DNA from: a virus
Length of the DNA: 62,705 nucleotides
Strand: one strand, 5' to 3'
Virus record (IMG/VR): IMGVR_UViG_3300045988_178329
Coordinates: 1 to 62,705 of that record
Shown: positions 19,203 through 28,321 of the stretch, piece by piece
Layout: each line of letters begins with the position of its first letter
Numbering within the stretch: position 1 is the first letter of the stretch
Translations under genes and position numbers: made by a program
Notes under the pieces: model-generated
Seen by the model: only the letters and a program-made list of their open reading frames with translations
Database searches by the model: none
What the model was told of the DNA's origin: nothing

Positions 19203-19448
19203 ATGGCTAACGACACTGGAAACGAATTTGAGATGATGGATCGACTGAATCCAAGGTCAACGCCATATGAGGTATTCATAAAGGAAGATATAGAGGTTTC
19301 TGCAAAGGACATCGAAAAGGCAAGGAATGAAATGGAATACCAAAGGCACTTTGGTGGTTTTGGATACAAACAGGCAAAAAGGACATACGAAAGGCTATTG
19401 AGGAAGTTCAAGGCTACGGAAAGGAAGGAATTAGGAAATGGAAATTGA
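19203..19448 (+). CDS. hypothetical protein (81 aa)
   Basis: ORF. Confidence 0.4.
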   Translation: MANDTGNEFEMMDRLNPRSTPYEVFIKEDIEVSAKDIEKARNEMEYQRHFGGFGYKQAKRTYERLLRKFKATERKELGNGN

Positions 19449-19647
19449 CGGAATGTGGGAAGTGGAAAGGGTAACTATCCGCAACAAATACAATGGAAGG
19501 GAATTGGAACTAGACAAGGAAGAATGGGAAAGGATAAGGAGTGGCACAAGCGTATCGAAGATATATCACGAAAAGCTTACGTCAAGCGGTGTCTATAACC
19601 CAAACAAATTCTTCTGCACCGAGAAGGGGCTAAAATGGCAATACTAG
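19438..19647 (+). CDS. hypothetical protein (69 aa)
   Basis: ORF. Confidence 0.4.
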   Translation: MEIDGMWEVERVTIRNKYNGRELELDKEEWERIRSGTSVSKIYHEKLTSSGVYNPNKFFCTEKGLKWQY

Positions 19648-19907
19648 GAGATACGAATATGAGAACCAAGGGTGAATTGAAATATTTTTTGCTAAATAGG
19701 CTTGGGCTAAGGAAACGCACAGCCAATGTATTGACAAGGTATTCCGAAGAATGGATTGAATTGCCTTGTTCTGTGGAGGAAGCCATAACGGCACTTGGAA
19801 GAACCGAGGGTGGAAAGCCTACCATAAGGAACATACACAACATGGGCGTAAATTCCACCAACGAGGTATTGAAGGCAATAGAAAGTTATAATGGCTATGG
19901 ATACTAG
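19635..19907 (+). CDS. small protein with a helix-hairpin-helix region resembling the RNA polymerase alpha subunit C-terminal domain
   Basis: LGLRKRTANVLTRY...EEAITALGRTEGGKPTIRNI resembles the alpha-CTD pattern LSVRSANCL...LGKKSLEEI. Confidence 0.35.
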   Translation: MAILGDTNMRTKGELKYFLLNRLGLRKRTANVLTRYSEEWIELPCSVEEAITALGRTEGGKPTIRNIHNMGVNSTNEVLKAIESYNGYGY

Positions 19908-19928
19908 GCCAAAAGGGGGATATGTCTT

Positions 19929-20177
19929 ATGAACAGTAGGCTAGAAAAGGATATAAGGAGAATTGTAGGCGATAGCGACAATAGAATTGAGTTTTACTTG
20001 GGAAGAGATGTCTGTACGGCTAGTCTATCCCTAGGTAATTACAAAGGCACAAAGTCCGAATTAATGGAAGGAATGGAATATATGGAAACAAGAGACGGAA
20101 AATACCTAGCCATGGATTTCGGCAATGGGATTGTAACGACAATAATCTTCGATAACTGGGAAGTGAGGGGTTTATAA
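19929..20177 (+). CDS. hypothetical protein (82 aa)
   Basis: ORF with ribosome-binding site. Confidence 0.4.
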   Translation: MNSRLEKDIRRIVGDSDNRIEFYLGRDVCTASLSLGNYKGTKSELMEGMEYMETRDGKYLAMDFGNGIVTTIIFDNWEVRGL

Positions 20178-21877
20178 TGGTACAGCTTGACTTATTTGCA
20201 TCCACCTACGGCCAATTCGAACTAAAGGGAAAGCTAAGGCTCATCGAATTCTTCGCAGGTATAGGGGCACAGGCAAGGGCACTGGAGAACCTAGGTGTCG
20301 ATTTCATATCCCATAGGGTATGCGAATGGAGTTGCAAGTCGATTAGGGCATATAGGGCTATACACGTAAAGGAAGCCCCTAGCAAGGAATTGCTCGATAG
20401 GGTGGGAAAACTATCCATTGAGGAACTAATCGATGCCGTAAGGGGTGTTTCCATGGACTATAGCAAACCAATGACCGACGACCAATTGAGGAAGAAGGGA
20501 AAGGAATGGCTACAAGAACTATATGTCGACATGCTCATGATAGGCGATACCTGCCCAGACATTTCAAGGCTCAATGGTGTAGACCTTGGCATTGAGAAAG
20601 AGAAAGGCAGAAAGGATACGTACATGATGACATATTCCTTTCCATGCACTGACATCTCCAATGCCGGCAAAATGGAAGGCATGGAAAGGGGTTCTGGGAC
20701 ACGTTCCGGACTTCTTTGGGAAGTCGAGAGAATACTCCTTGAACTAAGGGATATGGAATGCCGTCCTGATGTCCTCCTAATGGAAAATGTGCCAGGTGTA
20801 TGTGGTTTGAAGAACCTAAAGCCTTGGAATGATTGGCTACAAAGCCTACACAAGATGGGATATACCAACTATTTCTCCGTATTGAATGCCAAGGATTATG
20901 GGATACCGCAGAACAGGGAACGTTGCTTCATGGTTTCCTTGCTTGGGGAGAAATCCTATGAATTCCCAAGAAAGGTAAGGCTAAGATATAGGTTAAAGGA
21001 CTTCCTAGATGAGGAAATCGATAGCAAGTACAACCTTTCCGAAAAGGTAACGTCGAAGTTCATAAGGGTGTATGAGCCAAAGGGATATTCATCAATCGAC
21101 AATTATAACAAGAAGATAAAGGAAAACCCCGAGACTTCCAATACGCTTACGGCAAGGTATCAGGTTCCCAACCATGGAGAAAGGATAGTGGAACCTATCG
21201 TATGTGAACCAAGGGTAAAGGTAGAGGGAAGCCTAGGCTACTATGGCTTCAGGAGAGCCGATGACATAATATCCAAGGAAGGCTGCTCACCAACGATACT
21301 AACCCATGGTGAAAGGATCGGATACTCGATCAATGTCGTGGAGAGAGGCAAGAAGATAGTCGTTGGCAAGGTAAACGATTCCCAAAGCGGTACCGTCCTT
21401 AGTGCCGAAGGAATATGCCAGACCTTGATGGCAAGGGACTACAAGGATCCTGCCAAGATAGTGATAGAGGACGAAAATGCCATTGTGGTTCCAGAGAACA
21501 CCAAGCAGGGATACCAACTAGAACACGAGGGTGATGGCATATATACCAATAGGGTTGAGCAGAAGAGGGGAACCGTACAGAGGGGTAGCATACAGACGAT
21601 AAAGGCAAACAATAGCGATATTGCCGTAGTGGACAATGGGTTACGCATAAGGAGGCTCACGCCATTCGAGTGCGGTAAGCTCATGGGCTTCGACCGCAGC
21701 GACTTCGAGAGAATGTACGATAGTGGCTTGAGCGAGAGCGCATTGTACCATTCGGCAGGCGATAGCATAGTAACGACAGTCCTCATGGGATTGTTCGGAA
21801 GCCTACTGGGAATTGATTATGCAAAGAAAATAGAAGCCGTTGCGGATAGGATAGCAACGGAGAAGGGAAGAAAATGA
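20177..21877 (+). CDS. DNA (cytosine-5)-methyltransferase
   Basis: Motif I FAGIGAQ, PC motif SFPCTDIS, ENVPG, QNRERCF; large target-recognition domain. Confidence 0.85.
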   Translation: MVQLDLFASTYGQFELKGKLRLIEFFAGIGAQARALENLGVDFISHRVCEWSCKSIRAYRAIHVKEAPSKELLDRVGKLSIEELIDAVRGVSMDYSKPMTDDQLRKKGKEWLQELYVDMLMIGDTCPDISRLNGVDLGIEKEKGRKDTYMMTYSFPCTDISNAGKMEGMERGSGTRSGLLWEVERILLELRDMECRPDVLLMENVPGVCGLKNLKPWNDWLQSLHKMGYTNYFSVLNAKDYGIPQNRERCFMVSLLGEKSYEFPRKVRLRYRLKDFLDEEIDSKYNLSEKVTSKFIRVYEPKGYSSIDNYNKKIKENPETSNTLTARYQVPNHGERIVEPIVCEPRVKVEGSLGYYGFRRADDIISKEGCSPTILTHGERIGYSINVVERGKKIVVGKVNDSQSGTVLSAEGICQTLMARDYKDPAKIVIEDENAIVVPENTKQGYQLEHEGDGIYTNRVEQKRGTVQRGSIQTIKANNSDIAVVDNGLRIRRLTPFECGKLMGFDRSDFERMYDSGLSESALYHSAGDSIVTTVLMGLFGSLLGIDYAKKIEAVADRIATEKGRK

Positions 21878-22176
21878 AGAAAGGCAATAGGATTCCTTAT
21901 ATATACATAAGGTACCTCAAAATGATAATAAACGGTGTAGAGGGGGGTAAATACTCCCTCTATAGCGATGGCAGAAACATTATCCTGAAACTTGACGGAA
22001 ATGGCGATTTCTCCATAGGCGATGGTGGAAGGAAGGAAATCGAATCCCTAGACGCAAGGAAGTTCATCGCAGGTCATTTCTATGGGAACGGAACGCCAAG
22101 GGATACCAAGTTCAGGTCGTATGGAACAAATGGAAGGAAAGGGGAAACCATCTTCTCGGAATGGAAGGAGATTTAA
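21874..22176 (+). CDS. hypothetical protein; tandem paralog of 22178..22513
   Basis: Shared C-terminus GETIFSEWKEI versus GCTLVFSKWRKE. Confidence 0.45.
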   Translation: MKKGNRIPYIYIRYLKMIINGVEGGKYSLYSDGRNIILKLDGNGDFSIGDGGRKEIESLDARKFIAGHFYGNGTPRDTKFRSYGTNGRKGETIFSEWKEI

Positions 22177-22177
22177 G

Positions 22178-22513
22178 ATGAGGAAGAGGATATTCGTCGG
22201 AAGAAAGGAAGATAGGGAACCCTATATCCGCATAACGCCATGCAGCGTAAGCATAAATAGGGTTGATCCTGGAAAATACCTCATAAAGTTCCATGGTAGG
22301 AGAATCCACCTAGCCAAGGATTTATCTACGTGGAATGTCGTTGTTTCCGAAAGGACAAGAAGGGGTTGCACAAGCAACTGGATAGTGATGAGGGAAAGCA
22401 TAAAGTATTTCTATGGAAACAAAAAGCCAGAATCCAACCACTACCCAGTCTTTGTTTCATATGGTAGGGGAAAGGGCTGCACCCTTGTATTCTCGAAGTG
22501 GAGGAAGGAATGA
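22178..22513 (+). CDS. hypothetical protein; tandem paralog of 21874..22176
   Basis: ATG at 22178 directly follows the upstream stop. Confidence 0.45.
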   Translation: MRKRIFVGRKEDREPYIRITPCSVSINRVDPGKYLIKFHGRRIHLAKDLSTWNVVVSERTRRGCTSNWIVMRESIKYFYGNKKPESNHYPVFVSYGRGKGCTLVFSKWRKE

Positions 22514-22842
22514 TGGGCAAGGACTATGCAATAATCGTAAAGCCACGCATCGAAATATCCTCCATAGACATTACGGACGATGGCAAGTATGGGTTCCTAG
22601 TTACCCCAGACTTGTTCCTATTGGGGTTCGGGTATGATGAAAATGGGAAACCGAAAAAGGGAACAATAAGGAACTATGGATTGGTCGTAAGGCTCTTGCA
22701 GACCGACAACGAGGAAAAGACAATTGATGTCTGCCGTAGGTATGACGAAAGGCTTTCCGACATAGACGAGGAGATATGCAACATTGTGAGGGATAGGATG
22801 TCAATGGGTTTCCCAAATGACAAAAGGAAGAACAATGCCTAA
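22498..22842 (+). CDS. hypothetical protein (114 aa)
   Basis: ORF. Confidence 0.4.
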   Translation: MEEGMMGKDYAIIVKPRIEISSIDITDDGKYGFLVTPDLFLLGFGYDENGKPKKGTIRNYGLVVRLLQTDNEEKTIDVCRRYDERLSDIDEEICNIVRDRMSMGFPNDKRKNNA

Positions 22843-22845
22843 CCT

Positions 22846-22906
22846 AAAACCAACCTTAAATGGTATTTACCAATACAAAAAAGGTGTATACACTTTGTGC
22901 AACGAA
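22846..22906 (+). promoter_or_regulatory. Internal promoter region: A-tract motif AACCTAAAACCAACCTTAAAT plus 10-bp palindrome GTGTATACAC
   Basis: Same motif family as 1643 and 17967. The palindrome recurs at 42928 and, imperfectly, at 29571. Confidence 0.45.
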
Positions 22907-22917
22907 AGGAAAAATAG

Positions 22918-23289
22918 ATGAAAAAGATAGAAAGTAAATACATTGTACTCTTCTCTAGGGGGAAGTTCACAGTTGCAATGCAAATGGAAGGCTTCTTGAT
23001 GCTTGAAGTGGGAAACCACTTGTTCTGTGGGCTTGGCGATTGTCCATACAAGCTTACAAACGAGGGAAATATATTGCATGAGACAAATAATGGCATGGAA
23101 GCCGATGAATTCGTGAGAAAGGCTAGGCTTAGGGCAAACTCGGAGGACTTCTTGGAGGAAGTGGGGAATGGCAATATGCAAAGCCCATTCTACCAATCGT
23201 TCGTAAATAGCCTTCTGGGACTTGCCAAGAGCCTTGAAAGGGAAATGTCCAATGGAACCAAAAAAAATCTATCTAGGCAACTGCTATGA
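22918..23289 (+). CDS. hypothetical protein (123 aa)
   Basis: ORF. Confidence 0.4.
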   Translation: MKKIESKYIVLFSRGKFTVAMQMEGFLMLEVGNHLFCGLGDCPYKLTNEGNILHETNNGMEADEFVRKARLRANSEDFLEEVGNGNMQSPFYQSFVNSLLGLAKSLEREMSNGTKKNLSRQLL

Positions 23290-23939
23290 ACTCATAAGGC
23301 AGGTTAAGGACAATAGCGTCGACCTCATAGTAACCGATCCTCCCTACAAGATAGAGAATTTGCATGGAAGTGGGATTATGAAATCCAGGAACAAGGAAAA
23401 CTTCTCCAGGGAGATAAAGGAATCCAACCTTGACGTAGGGATAGGCACATCCATACTCGACGAGTTTATGAGGGTGATGAAGAGGGTGAACATCTACCTT
23501 TGGTGCAACAAGGGGCAGATACTTCCCTACCTCGAATATTTCGTGAAGGAAAGGAAGTGCAGCTTCGAGATGATTGTATGGGGCAAGAAGAACCCAATAC
23601 CGTTCTGTGGTACGCATTACCTTGTAGACAAGGAATACTGCCTATACTTCTGGGAGGAAGGTGCTCCGGTAGACATTCCGTTTGGTAGGGCAAGGACAAT
23701 TTATATGAGCAACACGAACGTTGCCGACAAGAAGGCGTATGGACATCCTACCATAAAGCCACTTGACATAATAAAGACATTAATCGAGAACTCATCAAGG
23801 CAAGGCGATTTGGTACTTGATCCATTCCTTGGGAAGGAACTACATAGGGTTTGAGATTAACGAAAAGTATTATAGGATAGCAAATGAAAGGATAGAGGGG
23901 TTTGACCAGAATGGAAGAATGAACCTCTTGGAGTTATAG
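23222..23939 (+). pseudogene. beta-class N6-adenine/N4-cytosine DNA methyltransferase disrupted by deletion of motif I
   Basis: DPPY motif (LIVTDPPYKI) present and the ORF ends ...GDLVLDPFLG-KELHRV*. The +1 frame continues LGRNYIGFEINEKYYRIANERIEG, the canonical C-terminus. The SGTT motif and about 30 nt are missing between CTTGG microhomologies. Confidence 0.5.
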
Positions 23940-23941
23940 GA

Positions 23942-24286
23942 ATGAAAAGGAAACTTACAAGATTGGGACTTATTGTTGTTGCAATGACCACACTATGTTC
24001 CTGCAATAACAATAACAATAATGATGAATGGACATACCCAAGGGAACTCTACGTGGAATGCTTCGATGGAAGCAATACCACAATGAGGTACACCAGGAAG
24101 TTCATCAACGACAAGCATTCCAAGGCTGGGTACAGGTATGACGGCAATACCCTTTTCGTAAGGGAGAGCAAGGAGGACTACACAACGGAAATGGACAATG
24201 GCTATTACGTCGTGAAATACCTTGGTACGTGGGGCGAGGAAAGCACCACAAAATTTCTGCTATGTGGAATCACTAAAACAAATTAG
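23942..24286 (+). CDS. putative secreted lipoprotein
   Basis: Signal peptide ending LCSC, then an Asn run. Confidence 0.45.
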   Translation: MKRKLTRLGLIVVAMTTLCSCNNNNNNDEWTYPRELYVECFDGSNTTMRYTRKFINDKHSKAGYRYDGNTLFVRESKEDYTTEMDNGYYVVKYLGTWGEESTTKFLLCGITKTN

Positions 24287-24306
24287 ACATAAAAGGAGGT
24301 ATTGTT

Positions 24307-24927
24307 ATGAGATTAACAAAGAAAAATAATGGAACAGGTAGTTGGACACAATTGGGCGATGAATATTTACCTGCTCACAATGTAAAACATAAAGAATGTG
24401 TCAATAAGCTCGGACAGTTGGAAGATATTGAGGAAAGAATCGGAATCGACCTAGTTACATTGTTCAGGATACTAGAAAGGTTTGACAAGACAATTAGGAA
24501 TGGAGGGTGTGGGAACAGTTATGTCAACTTCCCAGACGGAACGACATTCTCCACCGACATGGGATATGTAGAGGAATTCATCGAAAGGTTCAAAAAACTC
24601 ATCAATGATTACGGAAAGACCTGGGCATTAACAAGGGAGGAATTGGAAAATGCTAGAAATACTAACGATTCAAGAAGAAAGGAGAAATTTATGACATTCG
24701 GAGAAGCATTGGAACTATTGAAGAAAGGCAAGAAGGTAGCAAGGAGAGGTTGGAACGGAAAGGGGCTTTGGCTCGAACTCCAGAGACCTGACAAAAACTC
24801 AAAGATGACCTTGCCATACGTCTACCTTAACTACCCAAGTGGGGACAAGTACCATGATGGTTGCAAAGTACCGTGGTTGCCATCCCAGACTGACATGCTC
24901 GAGCAAGACTGGGTAGAGGTCGAATGA
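24307..24927 (+). CDS. fusion protein: paralog family B N-domain plus C-terminal DUF2829 (Tad2-like, anti-Thoeris sponge family) domain
   Basis: N-terminus MRLTKK..LEDIEE...DYGKTWALTREEL. The C-terminus from internal ATG 24691 (own ribosome-binding site GAAAGGAG) reads MTFGEALELLKKGKKVARRGWNGKGLWLEL...VPWLPSQTDMLEQDWVEV, which matches the DUF2829 consensus. Confidence 0.6.
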   Translation: MRLTKKNNGTGSWTQLGDEYLPAHNVKHKECVNKLGQLEDIEERIGIDLVTLFRILERFDKTIRNGGCGNSYVNFPDGTTFSTDMGYVEEFIERFKKLINDYGKTWALTREELENARNTNDSRRKEKFMTFGEALELLKKGKKVARRGWNGKGLWLELQRPDKNSKMTLPYVYLNYPSGDKYHDGCKVPWLPSQTDMLEQDWVEVE

Positions 24928-25382
24928 TGAGGGAAAAATACATTGGGAAAATCTATGACGGTAGGTGGGAGGTAATCCGCTATGAGCCTTACGGAAGCAA
25001 TAGCAAGGCAGGCAAGTTTGTGCTGAGGAACATCTACAATGGGAACGAGGTCAGCTTCAAGGACTCGACACTCCGGAAGGTCGATAGCGGAAAGACCACG
25101 GTATCGTATCTAAGATACAAAAGGCTGAAAACCATAAAAAGGAAAGAGGGGGAGTTTGATATGAGCCACAAGAGGATACTGAGCACAAACCCCGGTCAGG
25201 AGGAACTCTGGGAAATGGCACAAAGGCTGGGATACGTATATGTGAGGCTTGAAAGTGGCAACGTCAAAAAAGATATGCTTGACTATTGCCACTTCATGAC
25301 TGAGACATCGACCTACCATGTGCGTCTTACCCAGAGAACTTATGGTAGGGAATGGGCACTTACGGAAGGAGAATTGAAATGA
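24924..25382 (+). CDS. hypothetical protein (152 aa) ending in a WALTEGEL motif
   Basis: C-terminus RTYGREWALTEGELK resembles the family B motif. Confidence 0.45.
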   Translation: MMREKYIGKIYDGRWEVIRYEPYGSNSKAGKFVLRNIYNGNEVSFKDSTLRKVDSGKTTVSYLRYKRLKTIKRKEGEFDMSHKRILSTNPGQEELWEMAQRLGYVYVRLESGNVKKDMLDYCHFMTETSTYHVRLTQRTYGREWALTEGELK

Positions 25383-25639
25383 CATTGCATGATACATTAT
25401 TGGAAAACGCCGACAATCTTGAATACGTTACATTAAACGCAATATATCTCGACCTTGGTGGAAACGAACATATCTTTGTCTATACTGGGTATGTCGTAAC
25501 CCCTAGATACATAGATGATCACTTGCCTAAAAAGATATTAGATTCCCAAGTGGTAAGAATTAACCATGGAAAGAAATGGGGCATCAATGCCCTTGAACAA
25601 ATAGTCAAGATAGACGCTGAAATCTATATACTGTTTTGA
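25379..25639 (+). CDS. hypothetical protein
   Basis: ATGA overlap start; MTLHDTLLENADN... Confidence 0.4.
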   Translation: MTLHDTLLENADNLEYVTLNAIYLDLGGNEHIFVYTGYVVTPRYIDDHLPKKILDSQVVRINHGKKWGINALEQIVKIDAEIYILF

Positions 25640-25652
25640 GAGGAAACAGACA

Positions 25653-25844
25653 ATGAAAAGGGAAACGATAGATAAGTTTCTATACCGTAACGTAACACTA
25701 ATCGACTGCAACGAAATGGTCATGAGTGGCTACTTCGTACCTTATGACAAGAAGTACAAGCTCTTCCCAGACAATGGCGGTTGGGATACCTATGTATATA
25801 GGCCATCACACATAAGGAAGATTGAATTGAAAAAAAAGGAGTAA
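25653..25844 (+). CDS. hypothetical protein (63 aa)
   Basis: ORF. Confidence 0.35.
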   Translation: MKRETIDKFLYRNVTLIDCNEMVMSGYFVPYDKKYKLFPDNGGWDTYVYRPSHIRKIELKKKE

Positions 25845-25849
25845 ATTAT

Positions 25850-26209
25850 ATGACAAAATACTTAAGGATACTCGGAACTAACAGGATACATAAGATTGGC
25901 GAGATAGGTGTACCGGGATTAGGGCTTATCCAGTTTGGGAAGCCAATCCTTTGCTACATAGATGGAAGGAAAGCCTTGGTTTCCGAGAACATCTTCGATT
26001 TATGCGACGCCTACCGCGTAAGGGGCAATGACGGAAGCGAAAAGATACTCGACAATAGCGAGGAACTAGTTGGTATAGCCCAGTATTTTGCCGATTGTAC
26101 GCTACTAGTTAAATACAAAGACGATTTAGTTGATGCAGCTTGGGTTAACAGGAACGGAGAGGTTATATTGAAGGGAGAATTGGAATGGACATCTACGAAA
26201 GAACAATAA
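25850..26209 (+). CDS. hypothetical protein (119 aa)
   Basis: ORF. Confidence 0.45.
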   Translation: MTKYLRILGTNRIHKIGEIGVPGLGLIQFGKPILCYIDGRKALVSENIFDLCDAYRVRGNDGSEKILDNSEELVGIAQYFADCTLLVKYKDDLVDAAWVNRNGEVILKGELEWTSTKEQ

Positions 26210-26508
26210 GGAAGATAGGAAAGATTGTTGCCGATACCGAAAAGGCACTTGAAACCATCGATAGTGGGGAAATACCACCATACCTCGACTGCGACAATGA
26301 GAAAGACCTACTGGACGCCTATGGAGGCGGTTGCATTACCAAGAAACAATTCGAGGAAGGGTGCAAGTACTTTGCCGAAGCGAATGAAAGCATTGCTTAC
26401 AAGGGTAGGGACTATAGACTGGTGCTAAAGGCACTTAGGGGAACGATTACGACACTTACCGAATACATGGAAGATGATAGGGAGGATAGGAAATGGAAAA
26501 GGAACTAG
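26185..26508 (+). CDS. hypothetical protein (107 aa)
   Basis: ORF. Confidence 0.4.
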   Translation: MDIYERTIRKIGKIVADTEKALETIDSGEIPPYLDCDNEKDLLDAYGGGCITKKQFEEGCKYFAEANESIAYKGRDYRLVLKALRGTITTLTEYMEDDREDRKWKRN

Positions 26509-27281
26509 ACATCAATGAGATTGTCAAGTTGATGGAAGAGAACGAAATAGTCGACTTGGAAGGATTAAGGAAGATAATCAAGGACTATGACAGCCTATGC
26601 GAGGATGTCGTACAGCTTACATGCGTCCTTGCGTTGCTTAATTCATTCATAAATGAAAAGGGGTTGAAGGACGAGGCAAGGAAGTACCTTGCAAGGATGC
26701 AACAAGGCAATAACAACAATAATAAGGGGAGGCATGATATAAGAATGGACGAATGGGCGAAAGGGGAAGTTGAACTCTTTTGCAAGGGTCAGGACGATTA
26801 TTGGAAACTATGTGCCAAGAGTGCCCTAAAGGCATTTTTGAGCCTAAGTGATGACAACCATAGTGGTTTCAGCTGGGGAGTGACAACTAGTTTGTTGATA
26901 AGGCTTATGGATGGCCTCCCACTCAGACCAATAGAGGACAGCGACTTCCTTGACCAGGAAGGAATGATACAGCAAAGCGAGGAATATCTTAGGGAATTTG
27001 GGCTTAAGTCCGATCTCCAGTGCAAGAGGATGTCAAGCCTATTCAGACAGGAAACGCTGGACGGGAAGGTAACATACCACTGTACAGACAGGGTGCTATG
27101 CTATGACGAGGAAGATGAAAAGAGGATTCCGTTCACCTGTGGCGAGGGTGCTAGGCTAATCGACAGAATGTTCCCAATTACGATGCCATACTGGCCAACG
27201 GGGGAGAAGTACGTAGTCATGTTCAGGGGTGGCAAGCCGATATGGGTAAGGACGCCAGAAGGGGAGAAGATAGACCTATGA
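26493..27281 (+). CDS. hypothetical protein (262 aa)
   Basis: ORF containing an Asn run. Confidence 0.5.
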   Translation: MEKELDINEIVKLMEENEIVDLEGLRKIIKDYDSLCEDVVQLTCVLALLNSFINEKGLKDEARKYLARMQQGNNNNNKGRHDIRMDEWAKGEVELFCKGQDDYWKLCAKSALKAFLSLSDDNHSGFSWGVTTSLLIRLMDGLPLRPIEDSDFLDQEGMIQQSEEYLREFGLKSDLQCKRMSSLFRQETLDGKVTYHCTDRVLCYDEEDEKRIPFTCGEGARLIDRMFPITMPYWPTGEKYVVMFRGGKPIWVRTPEGEKIDL

Positions 27282-27406
27282 TACTTGAATATGGGTTTAT
27301 AGAGGTTGCCTTCCTCTCCTTCCTTGGGTTGGTGATCGCTTCCTCCCTCATCTTCCTTTGCTGGACAATCTACAAATGGAGGAAGGATATGAATGGGAAG
27401 GAATAG
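27278..27406 (+). CDS. putative small single-pass membrane peptide (42 aa)
   Basis: MILEYGFIEVAFLSFLGLVIASSLIFLCWTIYKWRKDMNGKE; ATGA overlap with the upstream stop; below the ORF-track length cutoff. Confidence 0.35.
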   Translation: MILEYGFIEVAFLSFLGLVIASSLIFLCWTIYKWRKDMNGKE

Positions 27407-27683
27407 AGGTAGGCAAATGGGGCTAAAGGAAGCCTATTCCAGGATAAGGGAGAACTATCCTAGGGGAAAGGGCTTTCCAGTCGAGCTATTTATCGTGGAG
27501 GATGCCCTGAAGGCACTATCCATCATCATCGACAAGAACGTTGTGCCGAACCTACTGAAGGGAAGCCAGTGTGTCGATGACTACAACAGGTTCTCCAACC
27601 TTACCAACAGGATGCTCACGCCAAGGGAGTACCTGCTATTGAAGAAGTTCCTTGGCAACAACGGAAACGAAAGGAAACAATGA
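27393..27683 (+). CDS. hypothetical protein (96 aa)
   Basis: ORF. Confidence 0.4.
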   Translation: MGRNRGRQMGLKEAYSRIRENYPRGKGFPVELFIVEDALKALSIIIDKNVVPNLLKGSQCVDDYNRFSNLTNRMLTPREYLLLKKFLGNNGNERKQ

Positions 27684-28029
27684 GATGAAAAAGGGATTGA
27701 TTATTCTGGGAATGCTATTCCCATCGATTGCACTTTGTTCCTGCACTGGGACAACATACGAATCAACAGATGAAAACGGAAGTACAATAAAGGTAACTAC
27801 CAACTATAATGTGGCACACATCTGCCTCAATAGTACCGGAGCCATAGACATTAGGATAAAGGAGTGGAATGCGAGTGCAACCGATGGCGCATATACCCTA
27901 ACCCTCGAGGACGGCAGGAAGATGAAGGTGGGAAAGGATTCCTGTGTCCTTTTCATGGACAGGTGCGAATTTGACATCAAGCAGCACTTCAGCCAAAAAT
28001 ACTATATCGGAACCCAGACATACCTATAG
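27652..28029 (+). CDS. putative secreted lipoprotein
   Basis: Signal peptide MKKGLIILGMLFPSIALCSC, with the same LCSC box as 23942. Confidence 0.45.
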   Translation: MATTETKGNNEMKKGLIILGMLFPSIALCSCTGTTYESTDENGSTIKVTTNYNVAHICLNSTGAIDIRIKEWNASATDGAYTLTLEDGRKMKVGKDSCVLFMDRCEFDIKQHFSQKYYIGTQTYL

Positions 28030-28096
28030 GGAAAACGAATGTCTTTTTAAAATTTTTTAATTTATCATTGACTTACGATTTCAAAGGCTTTAACAT

Positions 28097-28321
28097 ATGT
28101 ACATAGGGAATTCAAGGGAGGAAAGTATGGAAAACAACACTAACGAATTGACCAAGAACGACTACAGGATCCTTGCCGAGTTGGTAAGGGAACAAATCGA
28201 CCATTGCGTCGAACATGAAATGGGAACCGACGACCCAGTACAGAAGGCATTCTGGAGGGATAGTGCAGCCCACTTCATAGGGGTTTACTACCGCATCCCC
28301 GGAATAACTAGGGATAGATAA
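28097..28321 (+). CDS. hypothetical protein (74 aa)
   Basis: ORF. Confidence 0.4.
   Translation: MYIGNSREESMENNTNELTKNDYRILAELVREQIDHCVEHEMGTDDPVQKAFWRDSAAHFIGVYYRIPGITRDR

Noticed and set aside
19088-19237. 49-aa basic ORF (MVCQFRDGKYVHVELFRDINKARRRKSALKKKAREENRKWL...) in the 19077-19202 gap
   Set aside because: It overlaps the start of 19203..19448 in another frame and has no clear ribosome-binding site. It may be real but the evidence is insufficient.
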